Origin: Alphaproteobacteria bacterium
GTDB lineage: Bacteria; Pseudomonadota; Alphaproteobacteria; Bin95
DNA: 64,000 nucleotides
NCBI GenBank assembly: GCA_964291285.2
Contig: OZ219788.1
Span: forward strand, 640,001 to 704,000
Direction of reading: 5' to 3'
Shown: positions 44,444-53,703 of the stretch, piece after piece
Position numbering within the stretch: the first letter of the stretch is position 1
Layout: each line of letters begins with the position of its first letter
Position numbers and translations under genes: made by a program
The notes under the pieces: model-generated
What the model was told of the DNA's origin: nothing
Database searches by the model: none
The model's input: the letters and a program-made list of their open reading frames with translations, nothing else

Positions 44444-46651
44444 TCACACGATAATCAGTTGGTCATTATAGGCGTCCATCGTGAGGAAGTCGATGTCTTC
44501 GTCCGTCAGCTGCCCGGAGGTGACGCCCTGCACCGTGATCTGCTGGCCCTCGGCGAACTCCTCCGACGTGATGACGACGAAGCCGCGGCCATCGCTGTCC
44601 TGGTCGTTGCCCAGATTCAGGTCATCGAAGTCAATGAACATCTCCCCCTGGCCGGCCTGCGCCTGCGCCTCGGTCTGGGCCAGGATCACGATGGTGTCGG
44701 CGCCGGCCTCGAAGTCGGTGATGACATCCGCCCCGTCTCCCTTGCGGAAGAGGAAGTTGTCATTGCCCCCGCCGCCGGTCAGGGTGTCGTTGCCCGCGCC
44801 GCCATGGAGGACGTCGTTGCCCGCGCCGCCATGGAGGACGTCGTTGCCCGCGCCGCCATGGAGGACGTCGTCGCCCGCGCCGCCATGGAGGACGTCGTCG
44901 CCCGCGCCGCCATGGAGGACGTCGTCGCCCGCGCCGCCATGGAGGACGTCGTCGCCCGTGCCGCCATGGAGGACGTCGTCGCCCGCGCCGCCATGGAGGA
45001 CGTCGTCGCCCGCGCTGCCGTTGAGGGTGTCGGCGCCCTGATCGCCGTGGAGCCGGTCGTTGCCGGCCTCTCCGTGGAGGACGTCGTCGCCGATGCCGCC
45101 GAAGAGGAGGTCGATGCCGTCACCCCCGTAGAGCGTGTCGGCGCCCTCGTTGCCGTACAGGACGTTGCGTTTCGCGCCGCCGTCCATCGTGTCGTTGCCG
45201 CCCTGGCCGTAGAGCGTGTCCATGCCGCCCTGGCCGTTGATGGTGTCGGCGCCGCCGACAAGCAGGTCCCTCCTCGCCGTCCCGTCGATCGTCTCCTCGG
45301 GGACCGGCTCGGGGGCGGGGTCGAAGTCCCGGATGAAATGGACGTTCGCGTTCAGGTAAGCCGCGTTGTGGGCGCTCCCCAGGTTCGCGAAGCGCGCCAA
45401 CACCTTCTGCGCCGCGCCCGTGCCCGTGACCAGCTGATGCTCCTTCCGGGCATCGTTCCACACGAACCGCATGTCGGCCTGGCGCACACCGACCGGCAGC
45501 CGGATGACGTCCTCGGAAACGTTGAAGTCCATGATAAGGTCCGGACCGGCCTGCAGCGACGCGATGACAAAGATGTCCCGGCCGCCCTCGCCGAAGAGGA
45601 TGTCCCGGCCGGCGCCGCCGTCGAGGCGGTCGTTGCCGGCGCCGCCGATGATGTAGTCGTCGCCGTCGCCGCCCCGGAGGGTGTCGTTGCCATGCGCGCC
45701 GTGCAGTTCGTCGTCACCGTCGCCGCCTTCAAGGATGTCGCTGCCCTTGCCGCCGATGATGTAATCGTCGCCGGCCCAGGCGTGAATCTCGTCGGCGTGC
45801 CCGGTGCCCTGCAGGATGTCGTCGCCAGCGGTGCCGTTGAGCCACTCGCCCTTCTCGTAGTCGATCTGTCCCGAGATCTGCCGGACCGCAGCGGCGACGG
45901 CCTCCTCGTCGTCGGGATCGACCGGATCGTGGTGGTTGATCTCGGCGAGCACCTTGTTGCCGAGCTTGAGCCGGAACGTGGCCGTGCCGTACGCCCCGCC
46001 GGGGTGGTGGACCACGGTGAAGTCGTCAACCGTGTAGTCGTCGCCGAGCCCGGCCACCACGATGCGGTCCCAATTCGCGGTGTATTCCGTCATGTGGGGC
46101 AGCGTCAGGTCCTGGAGGTAGACGTAGCTGTCGGAGTTCAGCACGAACCAGTCGTCGCCGGGACCGCCGATGAAGGTGTTGCCTGTCGGATTGTCATTGC
46201 CGTCCTTGCCCCCGGACCACCCCGTGCCTTTCGTGCTGTCGGTCAGGGCGCCGGTGCCGTCGTCGATGCGGCTGCCATCCCGGACCCGCCCCGCAATCAG
46301 CCGGTCACCGCCGTGGCCGCCGTAGATCAGGTCGGCGAACGCGTCGTCCTGATTGCCGACCAGCCAGTCGTAACCCCGGCCGCCTGTCAGGACGTTCGCT
46401 CCCTTGCCGCCGGCGAGGTAGTCATTGCCATCGCCGCCTCTCGCGAAGACATATGCGGCCCGGCCGCCATCGCCGGCCTGGAACCAGTCGTCGTCGCCGC
46501 GGCCCAGGAACCGGTCGTTGCCGTGACCCCCGAAGACATACAGCGGGTCGTCATATCCCTCCGCCCCGCTGTAGATGTTGCCCCCGGTATCGCCGGAGTG
46601 GTCCCTGACGGTCTTGCTGTCGATGAATACGCGGTCGCGAGACTCCGACAT
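44444..46651 (-). CDS. RTX Ca2+-binding repeat protein 3, paralog of RTX 1
   Basis: Shares LIAGRV.D.SR.DDGTGALT, DSYVY, VHHP.G.YG.A.FR..LG.KVLAE and LAQTEAQA with the gene at 30245; GGGAGG SD. Confidence 0.9.
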   Translation of the reverse strand: MSESRDRVFIDSKTVRDHSGDTGGNIYSGAEGYDDPLYVFGGHGNDRFLGRGDDDWFQAGDGGRAAYVFARGGDGNDYLAGGKGANVLTGGRGYDWLVGNQDDAFADLIYGGHGGDRLIAGRVRDGSRIDDGTGALTDSTKGTGWSGGKDGNDNPTGNTFIGGPGDDWFVLNSDSYVYLQDLTLPHMTEYTANWDRIVVAGLGDDYTVDDFTVVHHPGGAYGTATFRLKLGNKVLAEINHHDPVDPDDEEAVAAAVRQISGQIDYEKGEWLNGTAGDDILQGTGHADEIHAWAGDDYIIGGKGSDILEGGDGDDELHGAHGNDTLRGGDGDDYIIGGAGNDRLDGGAGRDILFGEGGRDIFVIASLQAGPDLIMDFNVSEDVIRLPVGVRQADMRFVWNDARKEHQLVTGTGAAQKVLARFANLGSAHNAAYLNANVHFIRDFDPAPEPVPEETIDGTARRDLLVGGADTINGQGGMDTLYGQGGNDTMDGGAKRNVLYGNEGADTLYGGDGIDLLFGGIGDDVLHGEAGNDRLHGDQGADTLNGSAGDDVLHGGAGDDVLHGGTGDDVLHGGAGDDVLHGGAGDDVLHGGAGDDVLHGGAGNDVLHGGAGNDVLHGGAGNDTLTGGGGNDNFLFRKGDGADVITDFEAGADTIVILAQTEAQAQAGQGEMFIDFDDLNLGNDQDSDGRGFVVITSEEFAEGQQITVQGVTSGQLTDEDIDFLTMDAYNDQLIIV
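44787..45015. repeat. 27-bp tandem repeat x8 encoding GGAGDDVLH
   Basis: CATGGAGG recurs every 27 bp from 44803 to 44992 with near-identical units. Confidence 0.95.
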
Positions 46652-47468
46652 GTCAGAACCTCCCTGCCGAGGTGCATGAAGACATCCGTCCCCGGCAACC
46701 TGACTGCACAGCGCAGCCAGAGGGAAAGCTTGCCACAAAGGGGACGGTGCGGCAAGTCGAGAAATTTGCCCCCTGATCGGCGAGCTTTGGTGGGGTGGCA
46801 AGTGTTCTGATCGCTTGTGTAGCAAAAGCAGAGAAAGATTTTGCAGCTGCTACACATGACATGAAGTTCGATGGAGTCCCGTTTCTATGATGAAGATACA
46901 ATGAGTTATGATGCCTGTCAAGCATATGGTCCTGAGATGAAAAGGCATATAATTGTGCTGGCAGGTGAGGAAAAATGATGCATATGGGTGCGGCAGGAGA
47001 TTGAACCCGGTATGCGGGAATGATCCGGACAGGGTGAGGAACCATGATGATTGCACAGCAAGGCATATGGAAAGAATTATATGGATAATTGATTGGAATG
47101 GGGTTACGATCCATCGCGATTCTATGGGTATGCAGGTGAAACATGCCTTTCTGGTATTATATGAGAGTAGATTCTATGGATAGGAGCAGCGCGCGGGACC
47201 GTTCCGGAGGCCGGCATATGGCGGCGAGGTTCCGGAGACGGAAAAGGAATGCGTTGCGGCGAGATGCCGGGCGATGCAGGCCGGCCGTTCCTGCGGGAGA
47301 CAACCGGAACCGGACGGCTGCGGGTCGCCGGTCTTGCGGTGCAAGCGATACGCGCCTGGCAGGCATGGACGCTTCCGACGGGCGGCGGGTCCGGAGCGGA
47401 CGGGAGGCGGGCTCTCGGCTGAAGTCGATACCGGCAGCCGCAACCGCTTTCTGCTGGAAGGAAATGGC

Positions 47469-47801
47469 ATGAAGCTGGCGAAACAGCGTTGCTTCTACTG
47501 TTCCCCGGAAGTGTGGGAACGGATCCGCAGGCGTGCAGGGAAGGCGAAGCTGAAGGTCTCGCGCTTCATATGGCTCTGCTGCCGGCAGGCTGGCGAGGGA
47601 GACGGCGGCGCCCGACCGGACGCCGCCGGGCATCCCGTTGTGCTGACGCAGGAGGAACAGCGCCGCCTTCACGAGAACGCCCGCAGGCTGTGCGGCGCCG
47701 GTCGTCTTGCGGTTCGGGCTCCGGGAGGCGAAGAGGCGAGTGTCACGTTCGGCGAGGCGGTGCGTTTCCTGCGCCTTGCCGAACGGGGGGACGGGGCATG
47801 A
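47469..47801 (+). CDS. RHH/MobC-like small protein
   Basis: RCFYCSPEVWERIRRRAGKAKLKVSRFIWLC...PVVLTQEEQRRL. Confidence 0.55.
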   Translation: MKLAKQRCFYCSPEVWERIRRRAGKAKLKVSRFIWLCCRQAGEGDGGARPDAAGHPVVLTQEEQRRLHENARRLCGAGRLAVRAPGGEEASVTFGEAVRFLRLAERGDGA

Positions 47802-48322
47802 GGAAGCCGCGCGCCGCCAGGCCGGATACGAACGCCATGAACCGCACGGTCTCGCTGACCGACGGGGAGTGGGGTTCGATCGGGCAATGGTCGGCCGCCC
47901 GCGGCAAGTCGAGGGCGCAATGGATGCGCGAATGCGCGCTGACGGTGGACCTGCCGGCGAAGAAGGCCGGGGCCCGGCCTCTGGTGCTGGACGCCGGGGA
48001 ACAGCGCTGCATTTCCCGCACGGTCGGGGATTTGGCGGGCCGGCTGTCTTCTTCGGGAAACGAAGCGGGCGGGCCCCCCGGAGACGACCTGCGGGCATTG
48101 CTGGCGGCGCGGCTGCGGACCATGGTCGGGGCCGGCCGGCGCGAGGCCGCGGTCGAACTGCTTCGCCATGTGTTCGGCGAAGAACGGGCAGCCGTGATCG
48201 CGGCGGCGTTCATCCCGGAGCCGCAGCCGATGGACCGAACGGATGACGGGTCATCGGAAACCCGCCCGGACGATCATTCCGGGCGGAAACCGGTACCGCA
48301 GCAAAACCTGTTCGATGACTGA
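47798..48322 (+). CDS. RHH/MobC-like protein, paralog of upstream gene
   Basis: RTVSLTDGEWGSIGQWSAARGKSRAQWMREC...PLVLDAGEQRCI; ATGA overlap with the upstream gene. Confidence 0.55.
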   Translation: MRKPRAARPDTNAMNRTVSLTDGEWGSIGQWSAARGKSRAQWMRECALTVDLPAKKAGARPLVLDAGEQRCISRTVGDLAGRLSSSGNEAGGPPGDDLRALLAARLRTMVGAGRREAAVELLRHVFGEERAAVIAAAFIPEPQPMDRTDDGSSETRPDDHSGRKPVPQQNLFDD

Positions 48323-48524
48323 ATGCCAGCGCGCCTCCACGCCTGCATAGCGCGGCGTCATGGCAACGGATGCCGGGTAAGCCGACATTCGCGCGCAGGC
48401 CGAAGCGGCCGGGTTGTCGATATCCGACCGTGTCATGCACACCCTGGTCGACTCGCTTCGTCCCCCTTGCTCAGAAAGGCCTTCCGAACAGCGCACACGC
48501 CTCTCGCCTCCAAAGTCCGGATAA

Positions 48525-48893
<369 letters not shown>

Positions 48894-48911
48894 GATCGGC
48901 GGTCGGCTCCA

Positions 48912-49361
48912 ATGCGCTATTTCGACACCAGTTTCCTCGTTCCCCTCATCCTCCCCGAGGCCACCAGCGAATCGGTTGCGGCGTTCTTCGCGGTTTTGCC
49001 GCAGGACGATCTGGCGGTCAGCCATTGGACGCGGGTCGAGTTCGCCTCGCTGCTTGCCCGTGAGGCGCGCATGGGCCATCTGAACGCCGCGAGCGTACGG
49101 AAGGCGGGGACGCGATTCGAGGCGTTGGTCGAAGAGTCATTTATCGTCGTGCTGCCGAACCGTGACGACTTCGATCAGGCCAGGGATTGGCTCGGCCGTT
49201 TCGAGACCGGGCTGAGGGCCGGAGATGCACTGCACCTTGCCGTTGCGGGCAACCGCGGGGCGGCAGCAATCCACAGCCTAGACAAGCGCATGGTCGCGGC
49301 GGGGAAGGCGCTGGGTCTGCCGACGAGCGCCGCAATCCACATTCCGGGTCATGGCGATTGA
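48912..49361 (+). CDS. vapC: VapC family PIN-domain toxin
   Basis: YFDTSFL, WTRVEFAS, LRAGDALHLAVA, SLDKRM. Confidence 0.9.
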   Translation: MRYFDTSFLVPLILPEATSESVAAFFAVLPQDDLAVSHWTRVEFASLLAREARMGHLNAASVRKAGTRFEALVEESFIVVLPNRDDFDQARDWLGRFETGLRAGDALHLAVAGNRGAAAIHSLDKRMVAAGKALGLPTSAAIHIPGHGD

Positions 49362-49369
49362 CAGTCTCG

Positions 49370-52300
49370 ATGAGCGACCCGCCCCCCATTCGCGACGGAC
49401 AGATTCTGACCGGCGCCCTGTTCAGCGAACCGATGCGGGTCGAGACCGTGCGTGCGAACGGCGCCGGTTCCTGGGTTGCGGGCCTGGTCGGAACGCGGAC
49501 GGAGCGCTTCCGCAGTGTCGCTCTCACCGCCGACGATATCGCCAGCCTCACAATTTCGGGCTCTGCGATGTCCTACGATGGCGACGGCCGCCTGCTCCGG
49601 CTCGGTCTGAAGGCCCATGCGCTCGGCATCGCCCACGAGTTCGATCCGTATTTCGGCCTTTCGATCTCCCGCGTGGACCCGCTGCCGCACCAGCTCGAAG
49701 CCGTCTACGAGCACCTGCTCAAGCTGTCGACCGTCCGGTTCCTGCTCGCCGACGACGCCGGCGCGGGCAAGACGGTCATGGCCGGCCTGCTGGTGCGCGA
49801 GCTCAAGCTGCGCGGTCTGGCGGAGCGCATTCTCGTCGTCTGCCCGGCAAACCTGACTTTCCAGTGGCAGCGGGAACTGCGGGAGAAGTTCGACGAGAAG
49901 TTCCTGGTGCTCAAGGGCGGTGATATCCGCGACCAGTTCGGCGTCAACCAGTGGCTGGAGCAGCCACAGGTCCTCACCTCCCTCGACCTTGCGAAACGGG
50001 ACGACATCCTGCCCGGCTTGCGCCAGGTGCATTGGGATCTGGTGATCGTCGACGAGGCGCACCGCATGTCCTGGTCGCCGCCGGCCGGGAAGACCGCGCG
50101 CTACGCCCTCGGCGAACTGCTCCGCGACCGTGCCGACCACATCCTCCTGCTGACCGCGACGCCGCACAAGGGCGACCCGCAGAACTTCACCCGGTTCCTG
50201 CAACTTCTCGACCGCGACGCCTATGCCGACATCAAGTCCATTCGCGAGGCGATGGCCCGGCGCCGGGCGCCCTTCTACCTGCGGCGTACCAAGGAGGCGA
50301 TGGTCTATTTTCCGGAGCGCCAGTCGAACGGCGAATGGCAGGCGCGCCCGGTGTTCACCCGGCGCATTCCCCGCACGGTCGGGTTCGCGATCGACGATGC
50401 CGAACTGGAATTGTACAAGGAGATCACCCGCTTCGTGAAACGGCAGAGCAAGAAGGCGGCGGACCAGGGGGACGATCCGCGAGCCCGCGCCGTCGGCTTC
50501 CTGATGGCGCTCTACCAGAGACGCCTCGCCTCCAGCACCTGCGCGATGCGCCGCTCGCTCGATAACCGGGCGAGACGCCTGGAAGAAGGGTTGAAGCGGG
50601 CGCAGACCATGGCGCAATCGGCGCCGCCTGTCCTCCCTGACCCGGAAGAGATCGAGGAAATGGAGGAGGCGGAGCGCGAGCGCCTCGAAGCCCTGCTCGA
50701 CGCGGTCACCCTGGCCGGCAACGCTGAACAGGTGCGCGCCGAGATCACCGAGCTGAAACAGTTTGCGGAAAGCGCGCGAGCGGTCGAGCAGGCCGGCAAC
50801 GAGGCCAAGTTGGCCCGGCTCAAGGACATCCTGCTGAAGGAGGGATTCTTCGACCGCCCGGACCAGCGCCTGCTCCTGTTCACGGAGTTCAGGGACACGC
50901 TCGACTACCTCATGGACCGCCTCACGGCCTGGGGCTTCCGGGTCGGCTGCATTCATGGCGGCATGAAGCCCGGTTCCCGGGACGAGCCGAACAGCCGCCT
51001 GCACGCCGAACAGCAGTTCCGGGAAGGCAACATCCAGATCCTCGTCGCCACCGAGGCGGCGGGTGAGGGCATCAACCTCCAGTGCTGCCACATCCTGTTC
51101 AACTACGATATCCCCTGGAACCCCAACCGCCTCGAACAGCGCATGGGCCGCATCCACCGCTACGGCCAGCGCGAAGACTGCCTGATCTTCAACTTCGTCG
51201 CGACGAACACCATCGAAGGGCGTGTGCTCGAACGGCTGATGACCAAGCTGCAGGAGATCCGCGACGCGCTGGACGACGACGCCGTGTTCAACGTGGTTGG
51301 AGAAGTCCTGCCGGCCGCACAGGTCGAGCGCGTGCTGCGGGACTATTACGCCGGCAGGCTGGGGGACGCCGATCTCGAAGATCGCATATTGAGGGATGTG
51401 GACGAGGGCCGGTTCCGGGCGATCTGCCAGACGGCTCTCGAAGGCCTCGCTACGAGGAAGCTCAACCTCGACATGCTGGTCGAGCGCCAGGCGAAAGCGC
51501 AGGAACAGCGTGTCGTGCCGGAGGACATTGCGCGTTTCATGCAGGAATGCGCCAGGGACGCTGCCCTGACGCTGAAGCCTGCAGGAGGTCTGGCCCATGC
51601 GTTCGATCCGGGACGGACGCCGCCCGCCCTGAGGAAATACGAGCGCGACGCCGACTGGAAGCTCCCGCAACTCACGGCGCGCTACCCGCGCCTGTCAACG
51701 GACAGGGAGACGGCCGATGCGAACAACCTCGAATGGGTCACGCCCGGTCATCCGCTGTTCGAGGCGCTGCGCCGGCGCGGCCTCGAAGCCGCAGAAGGCG
51801 CCTTTGCCCGAGGCGCTTGTTTCCATTCCCTGAACCACGAGGCGCCGGCACGGTTCGATGTCTACCGGGCGAAAGCCGTGGACGGCCTGGGCCGTAGCGT
51901 ACATGAGCGGCTGTTCGCGGTCGAACTGGCGGCTGATGGCGAACCGCGGCTGCGGGAGCCGCAGTTCCTCGGCGACCTGACCCCCGCTGCCGTTCCGCAG
52001 GCACTTCCCGCGGCGGCATCTCTGCCGGAGGCCAGAGATTGGCTTTACGAAGCCGCGCTTGTGACGTTTCTCGAAGAGGTCCGGTCGGAACGCGCGGCCG
52101 AGGTCACGCGCGTCGCCAAGCATGTCGAGCTGTCCCTCACCGAGGTACTGCTCCGCGCCGACGAAGAGATCGGCCGTACCGCCGAAGACGCAAAGGAAGG
52201 CGTTGCCGGCGCCGAAGGGCGCCTTGCCCAGGCCGAAGCGCGCCATGCCGAGGCGCTGGAACGCCGTGACCGGCGCCGCGCCGAGCTCGAGCGGGAACGC

Positions 52301-52774
52301 GCCGTGACGTTGCAGGGTGTCGAACGGCTGGCAAGCGCCCTGATCCTGCCCCACCCCGGGCGCGAGTCGGCGGAAGTCCGGCGGCTGCGCCCCAATCCGG
52401 AAACCGAGATGACCGCGATGCGCGTGGTCATGGAGTTCGAAACGGCGCGGGGATGCCGGGTCGATGACGTGCACGAGCAGAATCTCGGCTACGACATCAC
52501 CAGCCTCGACCTGCAATCCGGCGAGCTTCGCCTGATCGAGATCAAGGGGCTCGCCGGAACGACCGGCAGCATCCTGTTGACCCCGAACGAGCGCCGGGTC
52601 GCCGAAGACCGTCGCGACTGCTACTGGCTCTATGTAGTGACCGATTGCGCCGGCGAACCCCGGCTTCAGGAGCCGGTCCCGGACCCGGCCCGGTTCCCGT
52701 GGCGCGAGGTCACCGAGGTGCAGCACTACTGGCTCGACATGGATGCGCTCCATGCCACTGGAGGGGACCGATGA
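49370..52774 (+). CDS. SNF2 helicase + DUF3883 nuclease (system 2)
   Basis: DPLPHQ, LADDAGAGKT, DEAHR, LTATPH, EGINLQ, QRMGRIHRYGQ; C-terminal GYDITS...IEIKG...TPNE...YWLYVV. Confidence 0.92.
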   Translation: MSDPPPIRDGQILTGALFSEPMRVETVRANGAGSWVAGLVGTRTERFRSVALTADDIASLTISGSAMSYDGDGRLLRLGLKAHALGIAHEFDPYFGLSISRVDPLPHQLEAVYEHLLKLSTVRFLLADDAGAGKTVMAGLLVRELKLRGLAERILVVCPANLTFQWQRELREKFDEKFLVLKGGDIRDQFGVNQWLEQPQVLTSLDLAKRDDILPGLRQVHWDLVIVDEAHRMSWSPPAGKTARYALGELLRDRADHILLLTATPHKGDPQNFTRFLQLLDRDAYADIKSIREAMARRRAPFYLRRTKEAMVYFPERQSNGEWQARPVFTRRIPRTVGFAIDDAELELYKEITRFVKRQSKKAADQGDDPRARAVGFLMALYQRRLASSTCAMRRSLDNRARRLEEGLKRAQTMAQSAPPVLPDPEEIEEMEEAERERLEALLDAVTLAGNAEQVRAEITELKQFAESARAVEQAGNEAKLARLKDILLKEGFFDRPDQRLLLFTEFRDTLDYLMDRLTAWGFRVGCIHGGMKPGSRDEPNSRLHAEQQFREGNIQILVATEAAGEGINLQCCHILFNYDIPWNPNRLEQRMGRIHRYGQREDCLIFNFVATNTIEGRVLERLMTKLQEIRDALDDDAVFNVVGEVLPAAQVERVLRDYYAGRLGDADLEDRILRDVDEGRFRAICQTALEGLATRKLNLDMLVERQAKAQEQRVVPEDIARFMQECARDAALTLKPAGGLAHAFDPGRTPPALRKYERDADWKLPQLTARYPRLSTDRETADANNLEWVTPGHPLFEALRRRGLEAAEGAFARGACFHSLNHEAPARFDVYRAKAVDGLGRSVHERLFAVELAADGEPRLREPQFLGDLTPAAVPQALPAAASLPEARDWLYEAALVTFLEEVRSERAAEVTRVAKHVELSLTEVLLRADEEIGRTAEDAKEGVAGAEGRLAQAEARHAEALERRDRRRAELERERAVTLQGVERLASALILPHPGRESAEVRRLRPNPETEMTAMRVVMEFETARGCRVDDVHEQNLGYDITSLDLQSGELRLIEIKGLAGTTGSILLTPNERRVAEDRRDCYWLYVVTDCAGEPRLQEPVPDPARFPWREVTEVQHYWLDMDALHATGGDR

Positions 52775-53157
52775 CCGAGAAGGTCAAGCATCTTGAACTC
52801 ATTCAAGGCGTGGTCAATCGCCTTGCCACAAACTCGTTCCGTATCAAGGGATGGACCGTCATCCTCGTGTCGGCGCTTCTCGTTCTACTCGTCCGGGAAG
52901 GCCGGACCGATCTCGCCTGGGTCGGCTTCGTCCCGGTGTTCGTCTTCTGGGGGCTTGACGGCTACTTCCTGTGGCAGGAGCGACGGTTTCGCGATCTTTA
53001 CGATCATGTCCGCGTGCTGCAGAAGGATGATACAGACTTCTCGATGGATACCTCGGCGTTTCGCCGCCCCTGGCTTGGCGCGGTATTTTCGATCACCTTG
53101 TGCCCGTTCTATCTTGCATTGGCCATTTCGGTCGCTGTCGCCCTGTTGCTCGGATAA
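52771..53157 (+). CDS. Small multi-pass membrane protein, putative TIR-partner effector
   Basis: KHLELIQGVVNRLATNSFRIKGW...FWGLDGYFLWQERRFRDLY; three or more hydrophobic segments; ATGA-coupled to the helicase. Confidence 0.75.
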   Translation: MTEKVKHLELIQGVVNRLATNSFRIKGWTVILVSALLVLLVREGRTDLAWVGFVPVFVFWGLDGYFLWQERRFRDLYDHVRVLQKDDTDFSMDTSAFRRPWLGAVFSITLCPFYLALAISVAVALLLG

Positions 53158-53181
53158 TCAGGTACAAGGAGATATGACACC

Positions 53182-53670
53182 ATGAAACGCCGCGTGTTTT
53201 ACAGCTTTCACTACGATCGGGACTCTTGGAGAGCCGCCATGGTGAGAAACATCGGAGCCCTGGACGGGAATGAACCAGCTACCGACAATGACTGGGAGAA
53301 GGTCAAGAGGGGTGGCGACCTCGCTATCAAGAGATGGATTGCCGAACAGATGGAAGGCCGCACATGCTGCGTTGTTCTGGTAGGGTCAAGAACTGCCAAT
53401 CGAAAGTGGATTAATTACGAGATCATCAAGGCATGGAACAAGGGTATGGGTCTGGTTGGCATATGCATACACGGTTTGAAAGACCGTGAGGGGCACATCT
53501 CTTCAAAGGGCAATAATCCGTTCGATTACATCACCTATCGGGGCACAAAGTTATCGTCTATTGTAAAGCGCTACGATCCACCAGGAAACAGCCGCGAACG
53601 CTATAACTGGATCGCTGAGCACCTTGCGAATGCGGTTGAGGAGGCCATCCGGATTCGGAATGGACAATAA
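53182..53670 (+). CDS. TIR-domain protein, ThsB/DUF1863 (MTH538-like)
   Basis: RRVFYSFHY..DSWRA, IKRWI, VVLVGSRT..RKWINYEI (catalytic-position Glu). Confidence 0.9.
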   Translation: MKRRVFYSFHYDRDSWRAAMVRNIGALDGNEPATDNDWEKVKRGGDLAIKRWIAEQMEGRTCCVVLVGSRTANRKWINYEIIKAWNKGMGLVGICIHGLKDREGHISSKGNNPFDYITYRGTKLSSIVKRYDPPGNSRERYNWIAEHLANAVEEAIRIRNGQ

Positions 53671-53703
53671 CTGCGTAGTTCGGCTTGTTGGCGAGGTGCG
53701 CCG

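Noticed and set aside
44787-45015. CRISPR-like periodicity
   Set aside because: In-frame 27-bp coding repeats without spacers.
30245-46651. RTX pore-forming toxin or serralysin
   Set aside because: No hydrophobic pore domain, no HExxH motif and no rtxC acyltransferase.
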